A stretch of DNA of 64,000 nucleotides from an uncultured delta proteobacterium (GTDB lineage: Bacteria; Desulfobacterota; Binatia; DP-6). Positions 1 through 10,647 of the stretch are shown here, one piece after another; the stretch's first letter is position 1; each line of letters begins with the position of its first letter. The notes below the pieces were generated by a model. That model searched no databases, was not told the origin of the DNA, and worked only from the letters and a program-made list of their open reading frames with translations. The stretch is from positions 736,001 to 800,000 of the forward strand of contig CAWFFN010000012.1 of the NCBI GenBank assembly GCA_963815115.1, read 5' to 3'. The position numbers and the translations under genes are program-made.

Positions 1-2
1 CC

Positions 3-1961
3 GCATTCCTCGAGCTGCTGGCGCTGCCCGGCAGCCGCTACGACGCGGGCCGGCTCCTGGCCTTGCTCGAGACGCCGGCGGTGTACCGTCGCTTCGGCTT
101 CGCGGCCGCCGATCTCGATCTGGCGCGGCGGCTGGTGGCCGGGAGCGGCATCCGCTGGGGTGTCGACGCCGCCGCGCGCGCCCGCGCCGGGCTCCCGGGC
201 ACCCCCGAGCACACCTGGCGCTTCGGCCTCGACCGGCTGCTGCTCGGCTTCGCGCTGGCGAGCGGCGAGCGGCGGCTGATCGGCGAGGTGCTGCCGTACG
301 ACGCCGTCGAGGGCAGCGAGGCGCAGGTGCTCGGTCGCCTCGCGGGCTTCGTCGAGGCGGCGGCCGCGCTCGCCGAGACGCTCTCCGCGCCGCGGGCGGT
401 GCCGGCGTGGTGTGCGACCCTGGCCGACGTGCTGGAGCGCTTCCTCGACCCCGACGACGCCGACGCCGAGGCGGCGCAGGCGGTGCGCGGCGCGCTCGAC
501 CGCGTGGCCGACGATGCGACCCGGGCGGGCTTCGAGGCCGTCATCCCGCTCGACCTCGTCCGGGCCCTGCTGCACGCGGAGCTCGAACGTCCGGCGCCGA
601 GGGGCCGCTTTCTCGCCGGCGGGGTCACCTGCTGCGCGCTGGTGCCGATGCGCAGCCTGCCGTTCGAGGTCGTCTGCCTGGTCGGGATGAACGACGGCAG
701 CTTCCCGCGCTCGCGCCCGCCGCTCTCCTTCGACCTGATGGCCGCGCATCCCGAGCGCGGGGACCGCTCGCGGCGCGACGACGACCGCTATCTCTTCCTG
801 GAGGCGCTGCTGTCCGCGCGCCGCTGTCTCTACCTGAGCTACGTCGGACGCAGCATCCGCGACAACGCGCCGATCCCGCCCTCGGTCGTGGTCAGCGAGC
901 TGCTCGATGCCGTGCAACGCGGCTTCGACGGCGCGGACGTGGTGACCGAGCACCCGCTGCAGCCGTTCAGCCCGCGCTACTTCGCGAGCCCGCCCGAGCG
1001 CGGGCTGCTGAGCTACTCGGCGGAGCTGTGCCGGGCGAGCCAGGTGCGCCTCGGCGAGCCCGTGGCGGTGCGGCGGCTCCTCGAGGCACGGCTGCCCGAC
1101 GCCCCCGAGTGGCGCCGGGTCACCCTGCGCGACTTCCTCGACTTCTACGCCAATCCCACCGCCTTTCTCCTGCGCCGGCGGTTGCGGCTCCGGCTGGAGA
1201 AGGCGGCCGCGCCGGTCGAGAGCCGCGAGCCCTTCGTCCTGGGTGCCCTCGACGTGTACCGGCTGCGGAGCGAGCTCCTCGCCCTGCACTCCGAGGAGCA
1301 CGACCTGGGCGAGGTCCTGCCGCTGGTGCGGGCGCGCGGGCTCCTGCCGCACGGGAGGGTGGGAGAGGTCGAGCTCGCCCGCCAGCGCGCCGTGGTCGAG
1401 GACTTCGCCGCGCGCCTGGCCGCGATCGCTCCGGGCGAGGCGCTGGCGCCGCTGCCGGTCGATCTCACGCTCGGCCCGATCGTGCTCGAGGGGACGCTGC
1501 ACGGGGTGGCCCGTCACGGCCTCGTCGACTATCGCCTGGCCAAGGCGAAGCCGCGCGACCAGCTTCTCCTGTGGATCCGCCATCTGGTGATGCACCTGGT
1601 GGGGCCTCCCGAGGCTGCGCGGCGGAGCGTGTGGCTCGGGAACGATCGGGCCCTCGCCTTCGGAGCCGTCGACGACGCGCTCGTGGAGCTCACCCGGCTC
1701 GGGGCGCTCTTCCACGAGGGCATGCACCGCCTGCTGCCGCTCTTTCCGGCCACCTCGCTCAGATGGGTCGAGGAGGACCGCATGAAGCTGATCCGCGCGC
1801 GCGAGACCTGGGAGGGGACCGACTTCGTCGACGGCGAGGCCGACGAGCCGCACCTGACGTTCGCCTGGCGCGAGCAGGATCCGTTCGACGCCGAGTTCGA
1901 GACCCTCGCGCAGCAGGTCATGGGGCCGCTGGTGGCGCACCGGAGCGAGGAGAGCGCGTGA
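3..1961 (+). CDS. recC: Exodeoxyribonuclease V gamma subunit RecC (5' truncated by window edge)
   Basis: Frame open from nt 3. RecC motifs GIRWG, TWRFGLDRLLLG, LVPMRSLPFEVVCLVGMNDGSFPR, RGDRSRRDDDRYLFLEALLSAR, HPLQPFS. Stop overlaps the recB start (GTGA). Confidence 0.96.
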   Translation, partial: AFLELLALPGSRYDAGRLLALLETPAVYRRFGFAAADLDLARRLVAGSGIRWGVDAAARARAGLPGTPEHTWRFGLDRLLLGFALASGERRLIGEVLPYDAVEGSEAQVLGRLAGFVEAAAALAETLSAPRAVPAWCATLADVLERFLDPDDADAEAAQAVRGALDRVADDATRAGFEAVIPLDLVRALLHAELERPAPRGRFLAGGVTCCALVPMRSLPFEVVCLVGMNDGSFPRSRPPLSFDLMAAHPERGDRSRRDDDRYLFLEALLSARRCLYLSYVGRSIRDNAPIPPSVVVSELLDAVQRGFDGADVVTEHPLQPFSPRYFASPPERGLLSYSAELCRASQVRLGEPVAVRRLLEARLPDAPEWRRVTLRDFLDFYANPTAFLLRRRLRLRLEKAAAPVESREPFVLGALDVYRLRSELLALHSEEHDLGEVLPLVRARGLLPHGRVGEVELARQRAVVEDFAARLAAIAPGEALAPLPVDLTLGPIVLEGTLHGVARHGLVDYRLAKAKPRDQLLLWIRHLVMHLVGPPEAARRSVWLGNDRALAFGAVDDALVELTRLGALFHEGMHRLLPLFPATSLRWVEEDRMKLIRARETWEGTDFVDGEADEPHLTFAWREQDPFDAEFETLAQQVMGPLVAHRSEESA

Positions 1962-4900
1962 CCGCGACCGGCGTTCCGCGACCGCTCGACCTGCTCTCGG
2001 TGCCGTTGCGGGGCATGCAGGTGATCGAAGCCAGCGCGGGCACGGGCAAGACGCACACCATCACGCGGCTCTTCCTCCGCCTGGTGCTGGAAGCCGGGAT
2101 CCCCGTGGAGCGCATCCTCGTCGTCACCTACACGGTGGCCGCCACCGAGGAGCTGCGCGAGCGCATCCGCGCCCTCCTCGGCGCGGCCCTCGCGGCGCTG
2201 CGCGGCAACCAGGGGATCGACCCGCTGGTGGAAGAGCTCGCGGCACGCGTCTCGCACCGGGACGAGGCCGTACGCCGCGTGCAGCACTCGCTGTGGAACT
2301 TCGATCAGGCGGGCATCCACACCATCCACGGTTTCTGCCAGCGCGTGCTCGTCGACAGCGCCTTCGAGAGCGGCCTGCCGTTCGCCTGCGAGCTCCTGCC
2401 CGACGTGAGCGACCTCCTCCAGGAGATCGTGGACGACTTCTGGCGGGCGCGGCTGGTCGAGGCCCCGACGCTGTTCGTGCAGCACCTGCTCGACCGTCGG
2501 GCGAGTCCCGAGCTCCTCGCGGCCGCGGTGAGCCCGCACCTCGGCCGTCCGGATCTGCATCTCGTCTTCCCGGATGCGGTGCCGGACGAGGCGGCGCGCT
2601 ACGAAGCCTGTCGCGCGGCGTGGGGCACGCTCCGGGCGCAATGGCCGGCGGCGCGCTCCGCGGTCGAGGCGCTGCTGCTCGATCCCGGCTTGAAGCGCAA
2701 TCAGTACCCGCTCGAATCCGTCCCCACCTGGTTGCGGCGCATGGACGGCTACCTGCGCGCCGACCTTCCCGGGCTGCGGCCGTTCGCGCAGCTCCAGAAG
2801 CTCACCGCCGGGGTGGTCGGGCGCGCGTGGAAGAAGGGCGCGACCCCGCGCACGCACGCCGCGCTCGATGCGTGCGAGGCGTTCGCGCGGGCGCTCGAGC
2901 GTGCCGTCGAGGCCGCCGAGGTGCGCCTCAAGCGCCTCAAGGCGGAGCTCCTGCTCGCTGCCCGCCGCACGCTCGAGGTGCGCAAGCGCCGCGACCGTCT
3001 GCGCTCGTACGACGACCTGCTGCTCGGGCTGCGGCGCGCGCTCGAGGGTGCCGGCGGCGACGCGCTCGCCGAGCGGCTCCGCACGCGCTGGGCGGCCGCG
3101 CTGGTGGACGAGTTCCAGGACACCGACCCGGCACAGTACGAGATCGTGCGGCGCGTCTGGAGCCACGCCTCCCAGCCCGTCTTCCTGGTCGGCGATCCGA
3201 AGCAGGCCATCTATCGCTTCCGCGGCGCCGACGTCTACGCGTATCTCGCCGCCCGCGCCCACGCCGACGCGAGCCACGTGCTCGACGTCAACTGGCGCTC
3301 GGATCCCGGCCTCGTTGCCGCCGTCAACGCGGTCTTCGGGCGCGCGCGCAGGCCCTTCGTGCTGGACGCCATCCCGTTCTTTGCCGCACGCCCCGCGGCG
3401 ACGCCGCGCCAGGAGCTGGTGCTGGCGGGCGAGCCGCCAGAGCCGTTCCGGGTGTGGCTCCTCGACCGCGGCGGGGCGACCACCTTCATGCCGAAGAACG
3501 AGACCTCGCGGCGTGCCGCATCGGCGACGGCCGCGGAGATCGCGCGCCTGCTCCGGCTCGCCGACGACGGGGGCGCCCGCCTCGGCGACCGTGCGCTCGC
3601 CGGCGGGGACATCGCCGTGCTCGTCCGCAATCACCGCCAGGGCCGGCTCGTGCGGGACGCGCTCGCCCGGCTCGGCGTGCCCAGCGTGCAGCAGGCCGAG
3701 GACAGCGTGTTCGCGAGCCGGGAGGCGGACCAGCTGCGCCGCGTGCTGCTGGCCGTGGCCGAGCCGGGCCGCGACGACATCCTGCGCGCCGCGCTCGGCA
3801 CCGAGCTCCTCGGCGTGTCGGGCGAGGAGCTGGTGCGCCTGCTCGGGGTCGAGGCGGAGTGGACGGAGCGGGTGGAGTCCTTTCACGACTACCATCGCCT
3901 GTGGCGCGAGCACGGCTTCGCCCGCATGTTCCGCGGTCTCGTCACGGCGGAGCGCATCGCGCCGCGACTGCTCGCCCTCGCCGACGGCGAGCGGCGGCTC
4001 ACCAACCTGCTGCACCTCGGCGAGCTGCTGGCCGACGAGGCCGCGCGGCAGCCGCGCGGCCTCGAGGGGCTCGCGCAGTGGATGGCGTCGCGCGCGGCCG
4101 ATCCCCATCCCGAGAGCGAGGAGCAGCAGCTCCGGCTCGAGAGCGACGAGCACGTGGTGAAGATCGTCACCATCCACAAGAGCAAGGGGCTCCAGTACCC
4201 CATCGTGTTCTGCCCCTTCGTGTGGGATGGCCGGCTGTTCGCGGAGCGCGACCCCGACGTCGCCTGTCACGACGCGACCGCGGACGACCGAGCGACGCTC
4301 GAGGTCGAGGCGAGCCCGCGGAGCCCCCTCCGGGTCCAGGCCTGCCGCGAGGAGCTGGCCGAGGGCCTGCGTCTGCTCTACGTGGCGCTGACGCGCGCCC
4401 AGCACCGCTGCACGGTGGTGTGGGGTGCGGCAGGCGACTCCGCGACCTCGGCGCTGTTCTGGCTGCTGCACGCACCGGACGGAACGGAGCAGCCCGTGCC
4501 GTTGCGCGCGTGCCTGAAGGGCATGGACGACGCGGCGCTGCGAGGACACCTGGATGCGCTGATCGCGCGCAGCGCGGGCAGCATCCGGGTCGATCCCCTG
4601 CCGTCGGGTCGAGGCGAGCGCCACCGCCCGCGCGCGGCGGATGCCGCTTCGCTCGAGGCGCGCGCGCTGCTGCGGCCGGTGCCGGCAGGGTGGGGGCTGG
4701 CGAGCTTCTCGGCGCTCGCCGGCGAGCGCAGCGCGGAGGGGCCCGATCACGATGCCGGCGTCGCGCCCGCGCCCACCGACGAGGCGCCCGCCGAGCGGAG
4801 CGGATTCACCTTCCCGAGCGGCGCCCGCGCCGGCAGCTGCCTGCACGCCATCCTGGAGCGCCTCGACTTCGCCGACGCGGACGTCGCGCGGCGCCGCGAG

Positions 4901-5533
4901 ACGATCGCGCGCGAGCTGCGCCGCTTCGGCTTCGCCGCCGACTGGCTGCCGGCCGTCGAGGCGGTGATCGGCCGCGTCCTCGCGACCCCGCTCGACGAAG
5001 CCGGGCGCCTGCGCCTCGCCAACCTCCCCCGCGAGCGGCGGCTCGACGAGCTCGAGTTCGCCTATCCCCTGGCACGCTTCGACGTCGCCGGGCTGAGCGC
5101 GCTGCTTCGCGAGCAGCGCTTCACCGACGGGCCGCTCGGCGACGTGCTCGGCGCGCTCGGCTTCGCACCCGTCACCGGGTTCATGCGTGGCTTCATCGAC
5201 CTCGTGTTCGAGGCGGACGGACGCTACTGGCTCGCCGACTACAAGTCGAACTGGCTCGGGCCGGCGCTCGACGACTATGCCGCCGCGCGGCTGCCGGCGG
5301 TGATGGCGCGCGAGACCTACTGGCTGCAGTACCTGATCTACACGGTGGTGCTGCACCGCCTGCTCCGGCAGCGGCTTCCCGGATACGACTACGACGTCCA
5401 CGTGGGCGGCGTCCTCTACCTCTTCCTGCGCGGCATGGACCCGGCGCGCGGCGTGGCGTGCGGTGTCTTCCACGACCGTCCGGCGCGCGCCCTCGTGGAA
5501 GCGCTCGATCGCTGGATCGGGGAGGCACCATGA
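1958..5533 (+). CDS. recB: Exodeoxyribonuclease V beta subunit RecB (UvrD-type helicase plus nuclease)
   Basis: IEASAGTGKT Walker A, VDEFQDTD, VGDPKQAIYRFRGAD, TIHKSKGLQY, RLLYVALTRA; C-terminal nuclease GFIDLVF...DYKSN. GTG start at 1958 is coupled to the recC stop. Confidence 0.97.
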   Translation: MTATGVPRPLDLLSVPLRGMQVIEASAGTGKTHTITRLFLRLVLEAGIPVERILVVTYTVAATEELRERIRALLGAALAALRGNQGIDPLVEELAARVSHRDEAVRRVQHSLWNFDQAGIHTIHGFCQRVLVDSAFESGLPFACELLPDVSDLLQEIVDDFWRARLVEAPTLFVQHLLDRRASPELLAAAVSPHLGRPDLHLVFPDAVPDEAARYEACRAAWGTLRAQWPAARSAVEALLLDPGLKRNQYPLESVPTWLRRMDGYLRADLPGLRPFAQLQKLTAGVVGRAWKKGATPRTHAALDACEAFARALERAVEAAEVRLKRLKAELLLAARRTLEVRKRRDRLRSYDDLLLGLRRALEGAGGDALAERLRTRWAAALVDEFQDTDPAQYEIVRRVWSHASQPVFLVGDPKQAIYRFRGADVYAYLAARAHADASHVLDVNWRSDPGLVAAVNAVFGRARRPFVLDAIPFFAARPAATPRQELVLAGEPPEPFRVWLLDRGGATTFMPKNETSRRAASATAAEIARLLRLADDGGARLGDRALAGGDIAVLVRNHRQGRLVRDALARLGVPSVQQAEDSVFASREADQLRRVLLAVAEPGRDDILRAALGTELLGVSGEELVRLLGVEAEWTERVESFHDYHRLWREHGFARMFRGLVTAERIAPRLLALADGERRLTNLLHLGELLADEAARQPRGLEGLAQWMASRAADPHPESEEQQLRLESDEHVVKIVTIHKSKGLQYPIVFCPFVWDGRLFAERDPDVACHDATADDRATLEVEASPRSPLRVQACREELAEGLRLLYVALTRAQHRCTVVWGAAGDSATSALFWLLHAPDGTEQPVPLRACLKGMDDAALRGHLDALIARSAGSIRVDPLPSGRGERHRPRAADAASLEARALLRPVPAGWGLASFSALAGERSAEGPDHDAGVAPAPTDEAPAERSGFTFPSGARAGSCLHAILERLDFADADVARRRETIARELRRFGFAADWLPAVEAVIGRVLATPLDEAGRLRLANLPRERRLDELEFAYPLARFDVAGLSALLREQRFTDGPLGDVLGALGFAPVTGFMRGFIDLVFEADGRYWLADYKSNWLGPALDDYAAARLPAVMARETYWLQYLIYTVVLHRLLRQRLPGYDYDVHVGGVLYLFLRGMDPARGVACGVFHDRPARALVEALDRWIGEAP

Positions 5534-7368
5534 CGGTGGTGGCGCAGCTCGCCGCGCTCCGCGACGCGGGCCATCTCACCGACCTCGACGTCCATCTCGC
5601 CGATCTCCTCGCCCGCCTCTCGGGCGGCGAGGTGCCGGAGCTCTCCCTCGCCGCCGCGCTCGTGAGTCACCGGACGGGCGAGGGCCACGTGTGCGCCGAC
5701 CTGACGGCGGCCGCCGGCCGGCCGCTCGTCGACGCGGCCGCCGATGCGCCGGTCGCGCCGGATCTCGCGTCCTGGACGGCGGCCTTGCGGGCGACGCCGG
5801 TGGTCGGCACCGCGGAGGACGACACCCCGCTCGTGCTCGATGCGGCGGGACGCCTCTACCTCCGGCGCTACTGGGCCTACGAACGCACGCTGGCCGACGA
5901 CCTCGCGGCGCGCGCGGTCGCGCAGCCCGCCGACGTCGACGAGGCACGGCTCCGCGCGGCGGCGGCGACCGTGCTCCCGCGCGCCCCCGGCGCCGCCGGC
6001 ACCGACTGGCAGCGCGTCGCCGCCGTCACCGCCGTCCTGCGGCGGCTGTGCGTCATCTCGGGCGGCCCCGGGACCGGCAAGACCAGCACCGTGGTGCGGC
6101 TCCTCGGCCTGCTCGCCGCGGCCGCGCGGGCGCCGTCGCGGGTCGTCCTCGCCGCGCCGACCGGCAAGGCGGCCGCGCGCCTCCAGGCGGCGGTGCGCGC
6201 CGGCCGTGCCGCCCTCCCGCTGCCCGACGACCTCCAGTCGGCGATCCCGGACCAGGCGTCCACGGTGCATCGCCTGCTCGGCGCGCGCCTGGACTCGCCC
6301 GCGGTGAGCCACGACGCGCGCAACCCGCTCGCGGCCGATCTGGTCGTCGTCGACGAGGCGTCGATGGTGGACCTCGCGCTCATGGCGAAGCTGGTGCGGG
6401 CGCTGCGGCCGGAGGCGCGGCTCGTGCTGCTCGGCGACAAGGACCAGCTGGCATCGGTCGAGGCGGGAGCCGTGCTGGGCGACGTGTGCGGCCCGGCGCC
6501 CGGATTCTCGCCGGAGTTCGCCGCCCGCGTCGCGCGCGTCACCGGGGAGTCGCTGCCGCCCGACGCTGGCGGCGGCGCGTCAGCACTGCGTGACGCGGTC
6601 GTGCTGCTGCGCGACAGCCGGCGCTTCCCGGCGTCGAGCGGCATCGCCCGTCTCGCCGGCGCGGTGAACCGTGGCGACGCCGAGGGTGCGCTCGCGGTGC
6701 TCGCCGCCGGTCACGACGACGTGGGGTGGCGGCCACTCGGAACGGGCGGCTGGCGGAACGCCTTCGTCGCCACCGCCGTGGAGGGCTTCGCCCCGTATCT
6801 CGAGCGCGTCCGCGCGGGTGCCGCCGCCGAAGCGGTGTTCGCCGCCTTCGCCGGCTTCCGCGTCCTGTGTGCCCATCGCCAGGGAGCCGCCGGGGTCGAG
6901 CGCGTGAACCGCCTCCTCGAGGACGCCCTCGCGACGCACCGTCTGATCCGGCCGCGCGGCCCATGGTATCCGGGCCGCCCGGTGATGGTCACCCGGAACG
7001 ACTACGCGCTCCGCATCTTCAACGGTGACGTCGGCATCGTCCATCCCGATCCCGACGCCCCTGGCGGCGTCCAGGTGGTCTTCGAGGGACCGGACGGCTC
7101 GCCACGGCCGGTGGCGCCGGCGCGGCTGCCGTCCCACGAGACCGTCTTCGCCATGACCGTTCACAAGAGCCAGGGCTCCGAGTTCGACCGCGTGCTCCTG
7201 CTGCTGCCGCCCGAGCCGTCCCGCGTGGTGACCCGCGAGCTGCTCTACACCGCGATCACCCGGGCACGGACCCGGGTCGACGTGTGGGCGAGCGAAGCGG
7301 CGCTGCGGGCGGCGGTCGCGAGGCGCATCGAGCGTTCGTCGGGGCTGCGCGACGCGCTCTGGGGCTGA
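5530..7368 (+). CDS. recD: Exodeoxyribonuclease V alpha subunit RecD
   Basis: ATGA overlap with recB; ISGGPGTGKT, AAPTGKAAARL, VDEASMVD, LGDKDQLASVEAG, AMTVHKSQGSEF, RELLYTAITRAR. Confidence 0.97.
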   Translation: MTVVAQLAALRDAGHLTDLDVHLADLLARLSGGEVPELSLAAALVSHRTGEGHVCADLTAAAGRPLVDAAADAPVAPDLASWTAALRATPVVGTAEDDTPLVLDAAGRLYLRRYWAYERTLADDLAARAVAQPADVDEARLRAAAATVLPRAPGAAGTDWQRVAAVTAVLRRLCVISGGPGTGKTSTVVRLLGLLAAAARAPSRVVLAAPTGKAAARLQAAVRAGRAALPLPDDLQSAIPDQASTVHRLLGARLDSPAVSHDARNPLAADLVVVDEASMVDLALMAKLVRALRPEARLVLLGDKDQLASVEAGAVLGDVCGPAPGFSPEFAARVARVTGESLPPDAGGGASALRDAVVLLRDSRRFPASSGIARLAGAVNRGDAEGALAVLAAGHDDVGWRPLGTGGWRNAFVATAVEGFAPYLERVRAGAAAEAVFAAFAGFRVLCAHRQGAAGVERVNRLLEDALATHRLIRPRGPWYPGRPVMVTRNDYALRIFNGDVGIVHPDPDAPGGVQVVFEGPDGSPRPVAPARLPSHETVFAMTVHKSQGSEFDRVLLLLPPEPSRVVTRELLYTAITRARTRVDVWASEAALRAAVARRIERSSGLRDALWG

Positions 7369-7411
7369 TCGCCGCTCGCCGCGCCCGACTTGCGTGTCGT
7401 GTTTGCGCCGC

Positions 7412-8935
7412 CTACTGCCCACTCGGCCGGCCGCGAATTCGGTAGCTGAAGCTCTTCTCGGCGCTGACCTGAGGAATGAAGACGGTCGCCTGCCAGTTAT
7501 CATTGATCTTGGCGGTGTCCGGCAACAGGTTCCTGACCTGAACCGTCTCGTGCAGGAGATCCAACGACTGCCCGACCGGTACGACGACCTCCGCTCCCGC
7601 GGGAAGCTGCAGGACGTGCGTGCACGTCTCGTCGGGCTTGCATTGCGGGCAGGGCGGGTTCTGCCCCGTCGCCTCACACCCCGCGTCGTTCGTGCAGCGC
7701 ACCGTGAACGTCTGCGAGCAGTGAGATTGGGTGAGGCAGATCTCGCCCGGGCTGCACGTGCTGCACCTCGCGAGGCTGCAGTCGCTGTTGGACTGACACG
7801 GCTGGCTCGTCGTCTGCGAGCAATGCAGCAGGTCGAACTGTGTCGTCTTGGTGTCCTTGACTCCGCCCACGTTGAGCGACGCCACGCAGCTGAGAACGTC
7901 TGCTCCCCGCAGCAGGAAGTTGCACGGCGGGAGTCCTCCCTCCGCGTGGCTCGCGTTCCGCAGTCGGACCGTGAGGTCGATCGTGCTCGCTCCAGGATTC
8001 GCCGGATCGTACGTGCTCCGCTTGGGGGACGGGATGACCTGTAGCTTGGGGTTGGCCGCACAGGTGCCGGTTCGGACCGTGATCTTGTCGCACAGGGAAC
8101 TGCCGTCCACGTAGCGCACCTCGACGGTCGGGAACGAGCGGCCGGCGCTCAGCAGGTCGAGCTCGTCGCAGGCGTCGAACTGCGGGAACTGGCCGCAGCT
8201 GTTGGCCTCGGACGTCTTCACCGATCCCTCTCCGTCGAAGAAGAACGTGCGGATGCCCTGGGGCGGCGCTGGATTCGGCTGCTGGATGATCTGGGCAGCT
8301 TCGATCGTCGCCGCGGACACGTCCACCCCGTTCGGCTTGCCGATTCCGTCCTCGAACTTTCCCTGCACGTCCAGTACGGAGATCGTGACTTCTCCATTGT
8401 GACCCCAGCCGATCCCGATCGTGGCACGCCCGAGCTTTCGTTTGCCGGCGGTCACCTGGAGCTTCACTTTGGTTGTCCCTCCACCGAACCGCTTCGACGT
8501 TTTGCTGGGGAGGACGTCGCAGGTCGGCGCCGCGAAGAACACCGTCGGCTCGTTGTAGAACCGCTGCTTGTCCTGGGTCAGGACGCACGCGTTGCCGAAC
8601 TCGGCGCACATGCCCGAGATCGTGGGGACTTCCCCGCCTGGCCCGAGGTCGAGATCCGCCCCGAGCAGACCCTGCGCGCTGGAAGAGAGCGACCAGCGGT
8701 ACACGAGGGGAACGCCTGCGGGTGCGTCCTGCACCGTTGCACGCAGCCTTGCGACGTAGAACGGGAGCATCGAGTCGTCGGTGATGGCGTGCAGCATCGA
8801 GCAGTCGGGGTTGGCGTTCTGGGAATAGAGCAGCTCGTTGCGGGACGCCGACGCGCTCACGGCCGCATGGCCGTATCCGACCGTAGCCCCGAGCGTGAGG
8901 ACGGTCGCCAGCGTGATCGCCAGGGCCGTTTTCAT
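7412..8935 (-). CDS. Secreted hypothetical protein with C-terminal Cys-rich segment
   Basis: GGAGG RBS then MKTALAITLATVLTLGATVGYGHA signal peptide; beta-rich body; duplicated CSQT..C..xxxC motif near the C-terminus. Confidence 0.75.
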   Translation of the reverse strand: MKTALAITLATVLTLGATVGYGHAAVSASASRNELLYSQNANPDCSMLHAITDDSMLPFYVARLRATVQDAPAGVPLVYRWSLSSSAQGLLGADLDLGPGGEVPTISGMCAEFGNACVLTQDKQRFYNEPTVFFAAPTCDVLPSKTSKRFGGGTTKVKLQVTAGKRKLGRATIGIGWGHNGEVTISVLDVQGKFEDGIGKPNGVDVSAATIEAAQIIQQPNPAPPQGIRTFFFDGEGSVKTSEANSCGQFPQFDACDELDLLSAGRSFPTVEVRYVDGSSLCDKITVRTGTCAANPKLQVIPSPKRSTYDPANPGASTIDLTVRLRNASHAEGGLPPCNFLLRGADVLSCVASLNVGGVKDTKTTQFDLLHCSQTTSQPCQSNSDCSLARCSTCSPGEICLTQSHCSQTFTVRCTNDAGCEATGQNPPCPQCKPDETCTHVLQLPAGAEVVVPVGQSLDLLHETVQVRNLLPDTAKINDNWQATVFIPQVSAEKSFSYRIRGRPSGQ

Positions 8936-9068
8936 CCCACCGCCTCCTCCCGCGTCACACGGCACGATGGAGCCGAATTTCCCTCCACGAGGACAACCGA
9001 GCGCCCCTTCCCCATTTTGGGATTGACCGGCGGGAAGGGTTCGGTAAGTCATCTGTCTCAGGATGGGA

Positions 9069-10589
9069 ATGTCACGAAGGGCGCAGATCCTTGGTTTCCT
9101 GCTGGTTCTTCTGGGTCTCTCTGCGGCTCGATCTGGTCCTGCCCTCGCCGGCGCGCCCTCTTTGCTGCTCGCCTCCGACGCCAGCTGGGACGCCTTCTCC
9201 GGCGACCCCACCATCCCCGGCGCGGTGTTTCTCGGAAAGGCGCAGCCCGTGTGCCTGAACGCGACCACGCCCGCAGGCTGCCCTGCGGGTGCCGTCCTCT
9301 ATGGCGACCCGGCGACCATCGCGTGGACAGCCGACCTCTCCACGATTCCCGGGGCCGTCTGGGTCTGGGCCCCGGGCGTGACCGGCGCGACGACCCCGGC
9401 GGATCTCGCCCAGGTGTTCCTCACGAAGACGATCACGCTCCCGGCAATTCCCCTCTCGGCCTCCATCTCGGTGGCAGCAGACGACTTCGCGGAGGTCGTG
9501 GTGAACGGCGTGCCGGTGGGCGCGACCGGCAGCGTCACCGATCCCGCTCTCGCCGCTGCTGCGAGCTCGACGCTCACCACCTTCGACATCACCTCGCGAT
9601 TGCTCGTGGGTGACAATCGAATCGTCATCCAGGGGATCAACGGCCCGGCGAGCTTCGCGTGCGGGCTGGGGCCGTGTAGCTACCAGCAGAATCCGGCCGG
9701 CGTGGTCTTCGGCGGTCTCATCAGCTCCGACCGACCGCCGCTCTGCGACCAGGCCTTCGCGGTCCCGGGCAACGCCTGGCCTCCCAACCACAAGCCCGTC
9801 ACGGTCACCGTGGCAGACGTCACCGACCCCGACGGCGACCCGGTCGCGATCACCATAGACGCCATCCGCCAGGACGAGCCGGTCGATGACGGCAGCTGCT
9901 CCGGCGCCGGCGGCATCGGCACCGATCACGCCACCGTGCCCGTGGAGCGCAGCGGCCAGGGGGACGGACGCGTGTATCACTTCTTTTTCCGAGCCGAGGA
10001 TCCCTCCGGTGGCGCCTGCACGGGCGACGTGACGCTCTGCGTTCCGCATGATCAGGGTCACGGAGGGGGCTGCGGCGACGGGGGACCGCTGTTCGACTCG
10101 GTGGGTTTTTGCGGGGTACCCCCTCCCGTGCCCTGCGCGGCGTGTGACGACGGTGATCCGTGCACCGTCGACGTCTGCACGCCCACAGGATGCGCTCACT
10201 CGCCGGTCTCGTGCGACGACGGCGTTGCCTGCACCGTGGACACGTGCCTGGCCGGGATCTGCCAGCATGTGCCGGCGACCGGCTTCGACGACTGCCGTTG
10301 CAAGTTCGACGAGCTGCCCCCGCCGGAGGCGGACTGCTTCGACCGCCTGCCGGGCAACCTCCGCGCCCTCCTCGAGGGGACCGCCCAACTGGTCGCCCGT
10401 GCGCCAGGCCGCGACGACCCTCATGCGGCGCGCCCCATGGTCAGGCGGGCACTTCGGCATCTCGCTAGGGCGTCTCGTCTGCTGCAGCGGGCACGCAGCA
10501 AGGACATCGCGACGGCGTGCCTCGAGGACGTGAGGAGTCGGATCCGCAGCGCCCGCCTGGCTGCGCGCGGCTGGCTCTCAGCGCGATAG
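9069..10589 (+). CDS. Secreted multidomain protein (jelly-roll/lectin-like N-domain, WPPNHK Ig-like domain, CDDGxxCTxDxC repeats)
   Basis: Signal peptide; WVW...ADDFAEVVVNG jelly-roll-like segment; WPPNHK motif; two CDDGxxCTVDxC repeats; basic helical C-terminus. Alternative start at 9063. Confidence 0.75.
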   Translation: MSRRAQILGFLLVLLGLSAARSGPALAGAPSLLLASDASWDAFSGDPTIPGAVFLGKAQPVCLNATTPAGCPAGAVLYGDPATIAWTADLSTIPGAVWVWAPGVTGATTPADLAQVFLTKTITLPAIPLSASISVAADDFAEVVVNGVPVGATGSVTDPALAAAASSTLTTFDITSRLLVGDNRIVIQGINGPASFACGLGPCSYQQNPAGVVFGGLISSDRPPLCDQAFAVPGNAWPPNHKPVTVTVADVTDPDGDPVAITIDAIRQDEPVDDGSCSGAGGIGTDHATVPVERSGQGDGRVYHFFFRAEDPSGGACTGDVTLCVPHDQGHGGGCGDGGPLFDSVGFCGVPPPVPCAACDDGDPCTVDVCTPTGCAHSPVSCDDGVACTVDTCLAGICQHVPATGFDDCRCKFDELPPPEADCFDRLPGNLRALLEGTAQLVARAPGRDDPHAARPMVRRALRHLARASRLLQRARSKDIATACLEDVRSRIRSARLAARGWLSAR

Positions 10590-10647
10590 CTGCCGAGCAA
10601 CTCGGCATCTCATGCGGGAGCGCCGACGCTCCGCCCGGTCGGGTGGT

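Noticed and set aside
131-3107. Several E. coli Chi octamers (GCTGGTGG) within recC/recB
   Set aside because: Expected by chance from Leu-Val codons in GC-rich DNA, and Chi sequences are lineage-specific.
407-5529. Very long overlapping and antisense ORFs (upstream parts of 407..5533 and 2293..7368; 1529..5473; similarly 20176..24072 and 29077..32211)
   Set aside because: Shadow ORFs caused by high GC and stop-codon scarcity; low-complexity R/A/G/P translations overlapping well-supported genes.
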